From a virus (lineage: Duplodnaviria; Heunggongvirae; Uroviricota; Caudoviricetes), in IMG/VR virus record IMGVR_UViG_2698536477_000007: a stretch of DNA of 35,574 bases; one strand, given 5' to 3'. Each line of letters begins with the position of its first letter. Within the stretch, counting starts at the first letter, position 1. A model generated the notes under the pieces. The model saw only the letters and a list, made by a program, of their open reading frames with translations, was not told where the DNA came from and did no database searches. A program made the position numbers and the translations under genes. Positions 24,786 through 35,574 of the stretch are shown here, piece by piece.

Positions 24786-25947
24786 TTTTAATCAGGTATT
24801 CCGTGAAAGCGGTATGCCGGAAACAGAAGAAGAGATCGCCACCCTCTTTCATGAGGATGTACAGAAAACCGGACTCATCACCAACACCTCGCCCATGAGT
24901 CCCTTCTGGCGGCTCATTCTGACCATTGTCATACGACCCGTTCAGTGGCTGCGTGATGCACTGGTTGACGTTGTGCTGCCCGGTATGTTTGTCGCCACGG
25001 CTGACCGGTCACTTCTTCTGCTTCATGCGCACGACGTCAACATCACCCCAAAACCGGCCAGTAAGGCCCGTGGCGTGATCTGGTTTGCCAAAACCAGGGC
25101 AAATGATGACGTCCTCATCCCCGAAGGGACCATCGTCCAGACCGCCAGAATCAACGGCGTGATACACAGCATGGCCGTCACGGAGGAAACGCTTATCAGC
25201 AGCGGTAAAAGCGGCGCATCCGTTCCCGTGGAAGCCACCACCGAAGGCAGCGGGCACAACCTCGCGCCGGGGTACTTCCGTATCCTTCCCGTTGCCATTC
25301 CCGGCATTGCATCCGTGGTGAACCGGGAGGACTGGCTGACCGTACCGGGTGCCGATGAGGAAAGCGACGACGAACTGCGCGACAGAATACGCAACCAGTT
25401 TAACCTCGTGAGCAGTTACCACACGGACGCCGTCTACCGGGGACTTATTGCCAGCGTGGCGGGCCTGAGCATCGACCGGATCTACTTTCAGCACGACGCC
25501 CCGAGAGGACCGGGAACGGCCAACGCCTACCTGTTACTGGACAGCGGCGAGGCCTCTGCCCCTTTCATTGAAGCAGTCAACCGCTACATCAACGAAGAGG
25601 GGCACCACGGACACGGGGATGATTTGCAGTGTTTCGCCATGCCGGAGACGCGTCACCGTCTGGAGGTCACCGTATACATCAGAAGTTCAACCACCCTGCC
25701 ACCGGACGGCGCGGAAGGGCTGAAACAGGATATCGACGACCTGATACGCTGCGCTTTCAGGGAGAACGCCCGCTTTAACGTGAAAAAAGTCTGGCCCTAT
25801 TCGCGCTTTTCGTTTTCCACGCTGGGCAAGGAAATTCATCAGACCTTCCCGATGGTGGCTTCGGTTCAGTTTTCACTGGAAGACATCATCAGCGATCTGG
25901 CCGTGCCACGGCTCGAATCCCTGACAGTGGAGGTGGTCATTGAATAA
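24763..25947 (+). CDS. Baseplate J-family protein
   Basis: 394 aa in wedge position upstream of I-like and fibre genes. Confidence 0.75.
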   Translation: MKGKPDVDFNQVFRESGMPETEEEIATLFHEDVQKTGLITNTSPMSPFWRLILTIVIRPVQWLRDALVDVVLPGMFVATADRSLLLLHAHDVNITPKPASKARGVIWFAKTRANDDVLIPEGTIVQTARINGVIHSMAVTEETLISSGKSGASVPVEATTEGSGHNLAPGYFRILPVAIPGIASVVNREDWLTVPGADEESDDELRDRIRNQFNLVSSYHTDAVYRGLIASVAGLSIDRIYFQHDAPRGPGTANAYLLLDSGEASAPFIEAVNRYINEEGHHGHGDDLQCFAMPETRHRLEVTVYIRSSTTLPPDGAEGLKQDIDDLIRCAFRENARFNVKKVWPYSRFSFSTLGKEIHQTFPMVASVQFSLEDIISDLAVPRLESLTVEVVIE

Positions 25948-26488
25948 CTTTTTGCAGCGGCTTCGCTCGCTGAAACTGCCCTCCTGGATGGACAGGGGGG
26001 AACCCGACAAACTGCTGCGGGCCGCGCAGGCTTTCTGGTCCCGCGTATGGGAATGGATCACCTGGCCCGTGCGCCAGTTTGACCCCATGACATGTGCAGA
26101 GCCTGTACTTGATTTGCTGGCATGGGAGCGGGACATCACCCGCTTTAAAGGGGAACCCACGGAGATCTACCGCCGCCGCATCAGTTACGCCTTCATCAAT
26201 GCACAGGAGGCTGGCGAGGTGGCGGGCTTTATCGCCATTTTTGAACGGCTGGGCATCGGCTACGTGGAGTTACTCGAGCGCCAGCCCGGCGTGGACTGGG
26301 ATGTGATCCTGGTGCGGGTGACAGACAGCCAGATAGCCGACAACAGCGATCTTCTTCTGGAGATCATCCGCAAATATGGCAGGACATGCCGCCGTTACCG
26401 TTTTGAGGTGGAAACCCTTAACCCCTTCATCATCCATTATGGCGCATACGAAGGGGAGTATATCTGCTGGACGGCCAGGGCAGAGTGA
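25940..26488 (+). CDS. Tail protein I-like (baseplate), probable TTG start
   Basis: 182-aa ORF; GGAGG 6 nt upstream of TTG 25940; alternative ATG at 25988. Confidence 0.65.
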   Translation: MNNFLQRLRSLKLPSWMDRGEPDKLLRAAQAFWSRVWEWITWPVRQFDPMTCAEPVLDLLAWERDITRFKGEPTEIYRRRISYAFINAQEAGEVAGFIAIFERLGIGYVELLERQPGVDWDVILVRVTDSQIADNSDLLLEIIRKYGRTCRRYRFEVETLNPFIIHYGAYEGEYICWTARAE

Positions 26489-26510
26489 ATGACTGAAGGA
26501 GTATGACTTT

Positions 26511-28571
26511 ATGGCGAAATCTGTAATTACCAGCGCCTTTATCCGGCTCAAGGCACAGCAGGCGGTGGAAGGCACCCCCGTTGTGCTGGATGAGTTTATT
26601 TTTGCAAACGTCCCGGACCTCAACCCGGAAACGCCGGTATCCCCCGACGAAATCCTGCCGCCTGAAGATCAGATTGTTCACCGCCAGGCCGTTGGTAAAA
26701 CCGGCGTGGTGAATGAGAATGCCGTGGTTTATTCGGTCACCCTGGGGGCAGAGCTGGGTGATTTTGAATTTAACTGGGTGGGACTGGTCAGCAAAGCAAC
26801 CAGCACGCTGGCCATGATTGTTCATGCACCCACACAGAAAAAAATCAGAACCCACAACGGTAACGAAGGTAATGTGCTGGTTCGTTCCATGCTCATGGAG
26901 TACAGCGGTGCGAAAGAAGCCACTGGTATCACCACCCCGGCGCAGACCTGGCAGATAGACTTCACGGCACGCCTGGCATCCATGGACGAACGCCAGCGCC
27001 GCGAAAACGTCGATATCTACGGGAAGGCAACTTTTTTTGATGACGGGTGGCTGGTTAAGAAAGGCGAAACCTGGACAGTCAACAAAGGGGTGGGTTACGT
27101 GGAGGGGCTACGCGCAGAGCTGACCGAAGACACACCAATGGTCACGCCCACCTCCCCGTCCCGTATCTGGCTGAATGTGTGGTGGACCGGCACGCTCACC
27201 AGTGAATGGGCGACAGAGCACGAAATCATAACAGCCGACCCGGACGTTACGGAAGAGCGTTTACGGAAAACGTATCCGAGGGACGGCATTCAGCAATATT
27301 TTTGTGCCATCGCTGAAATTGATGAAGACGGCAACGTGACTGACCTCCGCCCCAGAGGAACCCCGGAAGAGCGCCGCAGTCTGGACGCCCTGAAAAAACA
27401 CGAGAGATCACGTAATCACCCGGACGCAACGCTGAAAGAAAAGGGCTTCACACAGTTAAGCAGCGCCACCACCAGTACATCAGAAACACAGGCAGCCACG
27501 CCAAAAGCGATAAAGATCGCCATGGACAACGCCGATGGTCGGCTTGCGAAAAACCGCAATGGTGAGGACATCCCCAACAAGGAATTGTTTATTATCAACA
27601 TCGGTGCTCCCCGGGTTTATGATGCTGACGGATACGTGGGTAAAGCAGGGCAACGCTGGACAACAGAACAGTTCGTGGAATGGCTGAATGAGCGCGGTGC
27701 ATTCAGAACGGGGAGCTGGGTATTAAGGGCCAATATTTCACTGTCACAGCACAGCGTGCTTACTGACACGGGGTATGGCGATATCTGCCTGGGTGGCTGC
27801 CTGATTGAAGTGTTTGGCGAACTCATCGGTGGAATAGTCAGGATCACCACAGGTCTGGAAGATTCAGATCCGGCCACAAAAGAACACCGGGCACAATTTA
27901 CCGGGGTGATACTGGATCGGGGAAGAAAAACCACCTGGTACCGCACTTACACGGATAAAAACAAACCCACACCACAGGACATCGGCGCACTGCCTGCAAC
28001 TGAGGCATTACCGGCTGGTATTCCTTTTCCGTGGCCGTCAGACACCCCGCCTGACGGTTACGCCATCATGGTGGGGCAGACATTCGATAAAGCGCAATAC
28101 CCCCTGCTGGCAAAAGCCTGTCCGGACGGTCGCATCCCGGATATGCGCGGCTGGACAATCAAGGGGAAACCCGCCAGCGGTCGTGCGGTATTGTCACAGG
28201 AGCAGGACGGTATCAAATCCCACACCCACGGGGGGAGCGTCTCAAACACTAACCTTGGCACGAAAACGACCTCATCCTTCAATTACGGCACAAAAACAAC
28301 AGGAAGCGCGGGTTCAGGCTCTGCAAGCATAGCACTGAGAACCGCCACCGCGTCACCGGAAGGCAGCGGTGACTGGACCGCATACGGGCCGGGTTCAGGG
28401 GCAAGCCTGACGGTTAACTTTCCGGCACACACGCACCCTGTAGGCATTGGCGAACACGCCCACACGATCGCACTGGGTTCACATGGTCACGGCCTGACCA
28501 TTAACCCCACCGGTAATGCCGAAAACACCGTTAAAAACATCGCATTTAACTACATCGTGAGGCTTGCATAA
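26511..28571 (+). CDS. H: Tail fibre protein, P2 gpH family N-terminus with His-rich C-terminal tip
   Basis: ...[35 protein letters not shown]... nearly matches the conserved P2 H segment ([35 protein letters not shown]); C-terminal [23 protein letters not shown]. Confidence 0.88.
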   Translation: MAKSVITSAFIRLKAQQAVEGTPVVLDEFIFANVPDLNPETPVSPDEILPPEDQIVHRQAVGKTGVVNENAVVYSVTLGAELGDFEFNWVGLVSKATSTLAMIVHAPTQKKIRTHNGNEGNVLVRSMLMEYSGAKEATGITTPAQTWQIDFTARLASMDERQRRENVDIYGKATFFDDGWLVKKGETWTVNKGVGYVEGLRAELTEDTPMVTPTSPSRIWLNVWWTGTLTSEWATEHEIITADPDVTEERLRKTYPRDGIQQYFCAIAEIDEDGNVTDLRPRGTPEERRSLDALKKHERSRNHPDATLKEKGFTQLSSATTSTSETQAATPKAIKIAMDNADGRLAKNRNGEDIPNKELFIINIGAPRVYDADGYVGKAGQRWTTEQFVEWLNERGAFRTGSWVLRANISLSQHSVLTDTGYGDICLGGCLIEVFGELIGGIVRITTGLEDSDPATKEHRAQFTGVILDRGRKTTWYRTYTDKNKPTPQDIGALPATEALPAGIPFPWPSDTPPDGYAIMVGQTFDKAQYPLLAKACPDGRIPDMRGWTIKGKPASGRAVLSQEQDGIKSHTHGGSVSNTNLGTKTTSSFNYGTKTTGSAGSGSASIALRTATASPEGSGDWTAYGPGSGASLTVNFPAHTHPVGIGEHAHTIALGSHGHGLTINPTGNAENTVKNIAFNYIVRLA

Positions 28572-29167
28572 TGACCTTTAAAATGAGCGAACACCCGCAG
28601 ACAATTAAAATCTACAACCTGTCAGCCGGAACAAATGAATTTATCGGCGAAGGCGATGCATGGATCCCTCCGCATACCGGACTGCCTGCGCACTCAACGG
28701 ACATTGCCCCGCCTGACATTCCTGAAGGACACGTGGCTATCTTTGATGAGGATGAAAACACCTGGCACCTCATGGAAGATCACCGGGGTAAAACCGTCTG
28801 GCGTCTGGAGTCGGGAAGCGCCTTACTGATTACTGAGCCGGGCCCGTTACCGGAAAACGTGACCATAATAAAACCGGACGGGGAGTTCTGCCGGTGGGAT
28901 GGTTCATCATGGGTTAAGGATGAAGCAGCAGAACAGGCTTACCGGGTGAGCGAGGCGGAGAACAAAAAACGGGAATTAATACAGGAAGCAACAAATACAA
29001 TAAACATCCTCCAGGATGCCGTGGATTTAAATATGGCGACCGACGATGAAAGCGCCCTGCTTCCCCTGTGGAAAAAATACCGGGTATTACTGAACCGGAC
29101 AGACACGGGCAACGCGCCGGATATTGTCTGGCCTGAATCTCCTTCGCCGGATCATCACGCAGGCTGA
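28571..29167 (+). CDS. Tail fibre assembly protein (Tfa/gpG-like)
   Basis: Start overlaps fibre stop; C-terminal ...[27 protein letters not shown]... is typical of fibre assembly chaperones. Confidence 0.75.
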   Translation: MTFKMSEHPQTIKIYNLSAGTNEFIGEGDAWIPPHTGLPAHSTDIAPPDIPEGHVAIFDEDENTWHLMEDHRGKTVWRLESGSALLITEPGPLPENVTIIKPDGEFCRWDGSSWVKDEAAEQAYRVSEAENKKRELIQEATNTINILQDAVDLNMATDDESALLPLWKKYRVLLNRTDTGNAPDIVWPESPSPDHHAG

Positions 29168-29178
29168 CCGGAGGCACC

Positions 29179-29904
29179 ATGACGTGGACAAGAAAAACAA
29201 TCAGCGTCAGCGCTGACATGCCCCCGCTGAGCTGTTCCGTCATCCCCGTCACACCGTGGACTTACGGGCTGGGACGATATGAAGAATCGGGGGTATATTT
29301 AAGCCCTCCGAACGCCATAAACTGGCTGGCCGGGAAAATGGCCGGAAGCCGTGCATCCGGCGACGTGACCATTATCATGATTGCCGAAAACACCCACGAT
29401 CTTTTTATACAGTCAATGGCGGCACTGACCGCCGTTCTGCCCGTGCCGGTATTCACGCAGGCACAGCGCATGGCACAGGCTGCCGCCAGTCTGAGCACTG
29501 ACAAAATGCAAATCCCGATCACCACCGACACCCTGCCCGCACCTGTGCATCTTTCCGTTGCCACAATGCGCAACGCAGTCAGCGCCGCCCGTGCAGCACA
29601 GGCCAGGCAGCTGGCAGCACAACGCCCGGATGCCGCAGGGCTTCGCCGCCAGATAAGCCGCTTTATCAGCAGACGGGCTGGCGCACTTGCCGGACTGGAA
29701 GAGGGGATCAGAACACTGGCAGAACAGAAGGCGCAGGCCTGGGTATTTCAGTACCGGGGGTATCACCGCGCCGCAGCGGCGGCCATGGTGAAGGATATCC
29801 CGGCACCGACCGCCGTACATACTGTGGCCGCACTCCTGGCGGCAGACTCATTAACTGAACTGGGGAAAATGATCCATGAGCCAGACCGCACTGCTCGCCC
29901 TTGA
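29179..29904 (+). CDS. Hypothetical protein, 241 aa (tail-associated or cargo)
   Basis: GGAGG ribosome-binding site; no motif recognised. Confidence 0.5.
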   Translation: MTWTRKTISVSADMPPLSCSVIPVTPWTYGLGRYEESGVYLSPPNAINWLAGKMAGSRASGDVTIIMIAENTHDLFIQSMAALTAVLPVPVFTQAQRMAQAAASLSTDKMQIPITTDTLPAPVHLSVATMRNAVSAARAAQARQLAAQRPDAAGLRRQISRFISRRAGALAGLEEGIRTLAEQKAQAWVFQYRGYHRAAAAAMVKDIPAPTAVHTVAALLAADSLTELGKMIHEPDRTARP

Positions 29905-30418
29905 TGGTGAGGGTATTTTCATGCAGAACATGGTTATTTCGCCCTCGATGCAGTTCCAGGAAAAGGACCAGTCCGGTCAGACATCGAGCACCGCGAACGC
30001 CGAGCAGGGCATCAAGGCCAAAGAGCTTCGCGTAACCGGGATGATCACCTTTGACAATGAGCGGGCCCTTCAGCGCATTTTCCAGCTGGCCTCTGCCACC
30101 ACCGGGGACGGTGCCCTGAAAGTTTACCGTATCGCAAACGCCACCGCTGCCGCCATTAACTTTCGTGAAGGGACATTCTCCGGGCAGATAGACGCACAGC
30201 AGCAGACCGACCGCCTCGCCTGGCAGGTCAGCTTCACATTACGCGAAAGACGAAGCGTACCGGAAAAACGCCAGGCACGCGCCACCCCCGGCAGCAGCCG
30301 TAAACAGACACCGCAGACGCCCGGCGCAAAAGGCGGGACCGTGGCCGACGAAACACCGGAGAAAATGACCTGGTTCGAAGAAAAGGTCCTCAAACCCGTC
30401 AATGATGCGCTGGAGTAA
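29876..30418 (+). CDS. Hypothetical protein, 180 aa (tail-associated or cargo)
   Basis: ORF overlapping previous by 29 nt; no motif recognised. Confidence 0.5.
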   Translation: MSQTALLALDGEGIFMQNMVISPSMQFQEKDQSGQTSSTANAEQGIKAKELRVTGMITFDNERALQRIFQLASATTGDGALKVYRIANATAAAINFREGTFSGQIDAQQQTDRLAWQVSFTLRERRSVPEKRQARATPGSSRKQTPQTPGAKGGTVADETPEKMTWFEEKVLKPVNDALE

Positions 30419-30420
30419 CC

Positions 30421-32094
30421 ATGAACCCCACTAAACGTCTGTTACTGGGTAACGACACCATTCAGCTGGTCAGTTGTTCCGTCATGCTTGAGCTGAACGC
30501 GTGCGGACGCGGATTTATCACGGCCAGAACAGAGCAGAACTACACCGGGCGCCCCGTTCGTCTCGATATCGGATACGGAAACGACCTGGTGCGCTGGTTT
30601 ACCGGATACGTTGAACGCAGCCAGCCCGCTGAAAACGGCTCGGTGCGGCTTCTGATTCGTGAAATGGCGGGGATCCTTGATCACCCCTTCCCCTGTTCAT
30701 TTCAGCACCCGACAATGCGCACGGTCACACAGTGGCTGAGTGAGGCCAGCGGGCTGGAAATCATCCTGCCGGACAACGCGGCTTACACTGACAGACCCGT
30801 TCCGCATTTCACACACAGCGGCACGGGCTACGAACTGCTGGCCAGTCTGGGGCGTATTTTCTCCGTACCGGATTACATCTGGCATCCGTTACCGGACGGC
30901 GGCATTATGGCCGCTGCTGCCGCGCAGGGGATGTTTTCCGGTCGCCCCGTCACCATCCCGCACGAGTTCAGCCAGGCATCAACGGGCGGGCACAGTATGA
31001 CCCTCCCGATGATTCAGACGCTGCGACCGGGTGTGGAGGTGAACGGTCAGCGCCTGACGATGGTCATGCTGGAAGATGACAACATGACCATCACGTGGAC
31101 ACCGCGCAATAAAGCCACCGGCGCTCCCCTCCAGAAGTCCCCTTTCCGTCGCCAGGCTGAAAAGGCCTTCCCTGAGCTGGCATCAGGGCTTCACCTGCCC
31201 AAACTGGCACGTGTTGAGGCACCGACCGAAGCCGTCAGCGCGGGCAATATTGCCGACCCGTTCAGACCCCGCTACGCGGTGAATCTCCAGCTGCTTGACG
31301 AGAACGGCAACCCGGCAGCAGATACGCCCGTCTATAACGCCGTTCCCCTCCCCGTTCCCATGGCGGGCAGTGAGTCCGGCATGTTCCAGTTCCCGCCACC
31401 CGGAACCCTGGTGGAAGTGGGATTTGTGGAAGGCCGGGCGGATAAGCCCTTCATCCGCCAGATAATGGCAGAGGGCCACAATCTGCCCGACGTGAAGCCG
31501 GGCGAGCAGTTGCAGCAACAGCGCGACGGCGTATCGCAGCGCGTGACGGTCGCCGGAGACTGGGAGCGCCAGACAGACCAGCGGATACAGGAGACATCAC
31601 GCGAGCGCGTGGTGAGTGCAGACGAGGAAAAGCGGAGCCTGACCAGCCGGGAGACCACCATACAGGCAACCGACACAACCACCGTCCTGGGCGTATCCAC
31701 GCTTCAGGCTGGCGCGGTCACCCATATCACTGAAGAGAACTACAGCATCAGCACGGGCGGGCACATGATGGTGGTTGCCGGTACCTGTGAGCGCGACGTG
31801 GAAGGCGACACCCAGGACACCGTGGGCGGCAGCCTTACCGAAAAGATTAAGGGCGTCCGTCACAGTATTGCGCTGGCGCAGAAGCTGGTTGGCGATACGG
31901 TGAAGCTGGGAAACGAGGGCATTAATGTACTGACCATGCTGACGGACCTTGCCGATGTGGTGGAAGAGCTGGCCGATATTACAGCATCACATACCCACCC
32001 AAAAACGGGCACGTCTCCGCAGGCCGCACAGTTCAGCCAGGTCGCTCAGGAGTGCCGCCAGCTTAAAAATAAATATTCACCAATAATCGAATAA
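30421..32094 (+). CDS. Baseplate hub/spike protein (gpD-like N-terminus with gp5/VgrG-type fold segment)
   Basis: 557 aa; ...FPPPGTLVEVGFVEGRADKPFI... resembles the conserved gpV/VgrG spike motif; last gene of tail operon. Confidence 0.6.
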   Translation: MNPTKRLLLGNDTIQLVSCSVMLELNACGRGFITARTEQNYTGRPVRLDIGYGNDLVRWFTGYVERSQPAENGSVRLLIREMAGILDHPFPCSFQHPTMRTVTQWLSEASGLEIILPDNAAYTDRPVPHFTHSGTGYELLASLGRIFSVPDYIWHPLPDGGIMAAAAAQGMFSGRPVTIPHEFSQASTGGHSMTLPMIQTLRPGVEVNGQRLTMVMLEDDNMTITWTPRNKATGAPLQKSPFRRQAEKAFPELASGLHLPKLARVEAPTEAVSAGNIADPFRPRYAVNLQLLDENGNPAADTPVYNAVPLPVPMAGSESGMFQFPPPGTLVEVGFVEGRADKPFIRQIMAEGHNLPDVKPGEQLQQQRDGVSQRVTVAGDWERQTDQRIQETSRERVVSADEEKRSLTSRETTIQATDTTTVLGVSTLQAGAVTHITEENYSISTGGHMMVVAGTCERDVEGDTQDTVGGSLTEKIKGVRHSIALAQKLVGDTVKLGNEGINVLTMLTDLADVVEELADITASHTHPKTGTSPQAAQFSQVAQECRQLKNKYSPIIE

Positions 32095-32108
32095 TCATTC
32101 ACTTTAAC

Positions 32109-32133
32109 AGGCCGCGCAATGTGGCCTTTTTTA
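32109..32133 (+). terminator. Rho-independent terminator of the late tail operon
   Basis: Stem GGCCGC (32110-32115) / GTGGCC (32121-32126) with 5-nt loop, followed by TTTTTT (32127-32132). Confidence 0.55.
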
Positions 32134-32219
32134 TTCCCGGACGATAAAAAATATTCATCAACGGACATCACCCACCACGAAAAACCGTCCGCAGCAGAAA
32201 AAAAGATGGACGAAACGCC

Positions 32220-32790
32220 CCACGTAATCCCCGCGTAAAACGTCACGTAACGCCACGTAACGAAGAGATAACCCCGCCGGCCCGATTCGATCCCCTGACA
32301 TCAGAAAACGATTTCTGCGCCCCAGAATCGCCGCAAATGGCCGGAAATTTTCGGGGGCGACGTAACGCGTAAAGTGACGTAATCGGCGCTACCCCGCACA
32401 CGCCTCCGGTATTTGTGTACGATAAATTTTGCAAATCGAAATGGGTGCAAAACACCCCGCCAGGGCGCGCCATTACTGAGGTTTTCCCTTCTGAATGGTT
32501 TTGCACTTTGTGCAAGGTTTTGCAAAAGTGTGCAAAAACTCCGGCTTTCTGAGGATCCCGAAAAAATTTAATGCACTGAATAACAAGAGATTTTTAAAAT
32601 TACGTCACGATCGAAGATCTGAAAAAGGATCCGACGACGAAAACGAAAAAATCAGGAAAGCCAGAACTGGCGCGGCCTGGCGGGGAGTGGCAGCAAAAAT
32701 CACTTTTGCACACTTTTGCACAACTGCTCCGAAAAAGGATGGCGAAGGGGAAGGAAAAACAGCCACGTCATCCGTTGCACGTAACGGACG
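32220..32790. repeat. Non-coding region dense in short repeated motifs (CACGTAACG-type and TTTTGCAC/GTGCAAAA-type)
   Basis: ACGTAA at 32222, 32245, 32255, 32360, 32377, 32780 plus inverted TTACGT at 32600; TTTTGCA/TGCAAAA clusters at 32427-32450, 32498-32540, 32701-32723; no credible ORF. Confidence 0.5.
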
Positions 32791-32955
32791 TAAAAGGTAA
32801 ATTACGCGCGGGTGCCTTTCGGCTGACGGCTGGAAGGAATACCTGAAGGCCGGATGTGAAAAGGCCCCGAGTCAACTAACGTTAACCCGAGGCCCTGACA
32901 CTTCCTACCTGACAAGTGGAAGGTTAGCGCCTCCCTGTAAAAGGAGTCAAGCGCT

Positions 32956-33096
32956 ATGCCGCAAAAAACGATCATAGTGAGCATTTTATGCATAACTATT
33001 TTGATGATTGTCTGGATGATACACACGTCACCGTGTGAGTTCAGGCTTAACATCATGTGGTCAGAATTTGCGGCGTTCTTGCAGTGTAAACAGTAA
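32956..33096 (+). CDS. hok: Hok-family type I toxin peptide, copy 1 (46 aa)
   Basis: MPQKTIIVSILCITILMIVWMIHTSPCEFRLNIMWSEFAAFLQCKQ: single transmembrane helix, conserved LCIT, C-E and E-x-AAF spacing of Hok/Gef; AAGGAG ribosome-binding site 10 nt upstream. Confidence 0.75.
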   Translation: MPQKTIIVSILCITILMIVWMIHTSPCEFRLNIMWSEFAAFLQCKQ

Positions 33097-33185
33097 GAAA
33101 CCGCAGCGGGGGTGAAAGCCCCCGCTATCCGGTTGCCGGGTTCGGCTGATATGGCACCCTTTTGGGTTAGCGTACTGACTTCATT

Positions 33186-33210
33186 GCCCGCAATATGCGG
33201 GCTTTTTTTT
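33186..33210 (+). terminator. Rho-independent terminator at end of hok unit 1
   Basis: GCCCGCA-ATA-TGCGGGC followed by T8. Confidence 0.6.
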
Positions 33211-33427
33211 GCCGTCTCCCCTCAACAGCTTCAATACTGAGCATTGCGCACACAAAGGGAAATCAGTAAATTACATGCGGGTGCCTTTCGGCTGACGACT
33301 GGAAGGAATACCTGAAGGCCGGATGTGGAAAGGCCCCGGAGTCAACTTTAATGTTAACCCGAGGCCCTGACCATCTACCCTAAGCAAGTGGAAGGTTAGC
33401 GCCTCCCTGTAAAAGGAGTCAAGCGCT

Positions 33428-33568
33428 ATGCCGCAAAAAACGATCATAGTGAGCATTTTATGCATAACTATTTTGATGATTGTCTGGATGATACACAACT
33501 CACCGTGTGAGTTCAGGCTTAACATCATGTGGTCAGAATTTGCGGCGTTCTTGCAGTGTAAACAGTAA
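33428..33568 (+). CDS. hok: Hok-family type I toxin peptide, copy 2 (46 aa)
   Basis: Identical to copy 1 except T24N (MIHNSPCEF). Confidence 0.75.
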   Translation: MPQKTIIVSILCITILMIVWMIHNSPCEFRLNIMWSEFAAFLQCKQ

Positions 33569-33658
33569 GAAACCGCAGCGGGGGTGAAAGCCCCCCGCTA
33601 TCCGGTTGCCGGGTTCGGCTGATATGGCACCCTTTTGGGTTAGCGTACTGACTTCATT

Positions 33659-33683
33659 GCCCGCAATATGCGGGCTTTTTTTT
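33659..33683 (+). terminator. Rho-independent terminator at end of hok unit 2
   Basis: Same hairpin and T8 run as unit 1. Confidence 0.6.
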
Positions 33684-33900
33684 GCCGTCTCCCCTCAACA
33701 GCTTCAATACTGAGCATTGCGCACACAAAGGGAAATCAGTAAATTACATGCGGGTGCCTTTCGGCTGACGGCTGGAAGGAATACCTGAAGGCCGGATGTG
33801 GAAAGGCCCCGAGTAAAACATTTGTTTAACCCGAGGCCTAACCCTTCCTACCCTAGACAAGTGGAAGGTTAGCGCCTCCCTGTAAAAGGAGTCAAGCGCT

Positions 33901-34041
33901 ATGCCGCAAAAAACGATCATCGTGAGCATTTTATGCTTAACCATGTTGTTGACCGTCTGGATGATACACCGTTCTCCGTGTGAGTTCAGACTTAACATCA
34001 TGTGGTCAGAATTTGCGGCGTTCTTGCAGTGTAAACCGTAA
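33901..34041 (+). CDS. hok: Hok-family type I toxin peptide, copy 3 (46 aa, diverged)
   Basis: MPQKTIIVSILCLTMLLTVWMIHRSPCEFRLNIMWSEFAAFLQCKP; several substitutions relative to copies 1 and 2. Confidence 0.7.
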   Translation: MPQKTIIVSILCLTMLLTVWMIHRSPCEFRLNIMWSEFAAFLQCKP

Positions 34042-34132
34042 GAAACCGCAGCGGGGGTGAAAGCCCCCGCTATCCGGTTGCCAAAGGTTCGGTCGAAAGT
34101 CGCACCCTCACACAAAAGTCACAAAGAAAAAC

Positions 34133-34170
34133 AAAGCCCGCGGCGTAAAAAAACTGCGGGCTTTTTGTTT
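34133..34170. terminator. Bidirectional rho-independent terminator (serS on minus strand, hok unit 3 on plus strand)
   Basis: AAGCCCGC...GCGGGCTT stem with A/T runs on both sides, about 110 nt past serS stop. Confidence 0.6.
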
Positions 34171-34281
34171 CAAAGATGGACGTTATCTGGACACATGAAA
34201 ATAAAAAATCTTTATTTTCAATATGTTAATCTCCCACTAAAACCACCCGCAGGCGCTTTTTAGATTCAGAAAAATTGGGTA

Positions 34282-35574
<1,293 letters not shown>

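Larger units (their letters stand above)
1..32135. mobile_element. P2/186-like prophage body (int through tail hub gene and its terminator); left attachment site lies outside the window, right boundary uncertain (somewhere between 32135 and 34130)
   Basis: Contiguous int, C, A, Q, P, O, N, M, L homologues in P2 prophage order plus myovirus tail and lysis genes; int stop codon is at window position 1-3. Confidence 0.85.
32798..34080 (+). repeat. Tandem array of three ~470-bp units (32798-33265, 33266-33739, 33740-about 34080), each carrying a hok-like gene
   Basis: Near-identical sequence blocks starting TAAATTAC at 32798, 33266 and 33740; third unit diverges after about 34080. Confidence 0.9.

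Noticed and set aside
32495-32800. 101-aa plus-strand ORF in the repeat-motif region
   Set aside because: Low-complexity Lys/Arg/Gly-rich translation of repeat DNA; no ribosome-binding site.
32798-34080. CRISPR array
   Set aside because: The repeats are about 470 bp and contain a gene, not 25-50-bp repeats with unique spacers.
32802-34115. Three minus-strand ORFs of 84-123 aa across the tandem repeats
   Set aside because: They are antisense reading frames through the hok units repeated by the duplication; the Hok-like peptide on the plus strand is the credible coding unit.

Overview
This window is an almost complete P2/186-like temperate myovirus prophage (about 32 kb) in an E. coli-like chromosome, ending beside a complete host serS gene. 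Left to right: tyrosine integrase and C-type repressor (minus strand); an early region with a cox-like gene, a low-GC three-gene island of unknown function and the rolling-circle replication protein A; a cos-like site and an Ogr/Delta-type zinc-finger activator; the P2-type head module (Q and P on minus, O N M L on plus); then a tail module in non-P2 order (sheath, tube, an inserted lysis cassette with an orphan DNA methyltransferase, a tail chaperone with a -1 frameshift, tape measure, baseplate, fibre, hub/spike). The right end is a 650-bp repeat-dense non-coding stretch followed by three tandem ~470-bp units that each encode a Hok-family toxin peptide. All protein assignments come from reading the translated ORFs and recalling family signatures; no database search was run. 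The most interesting unexplained loci are the low-GC island (2039-3290), the triple hok array, the repeat-dense region at the prophage end, and a structured GC-rich non-coding element in the early operon.
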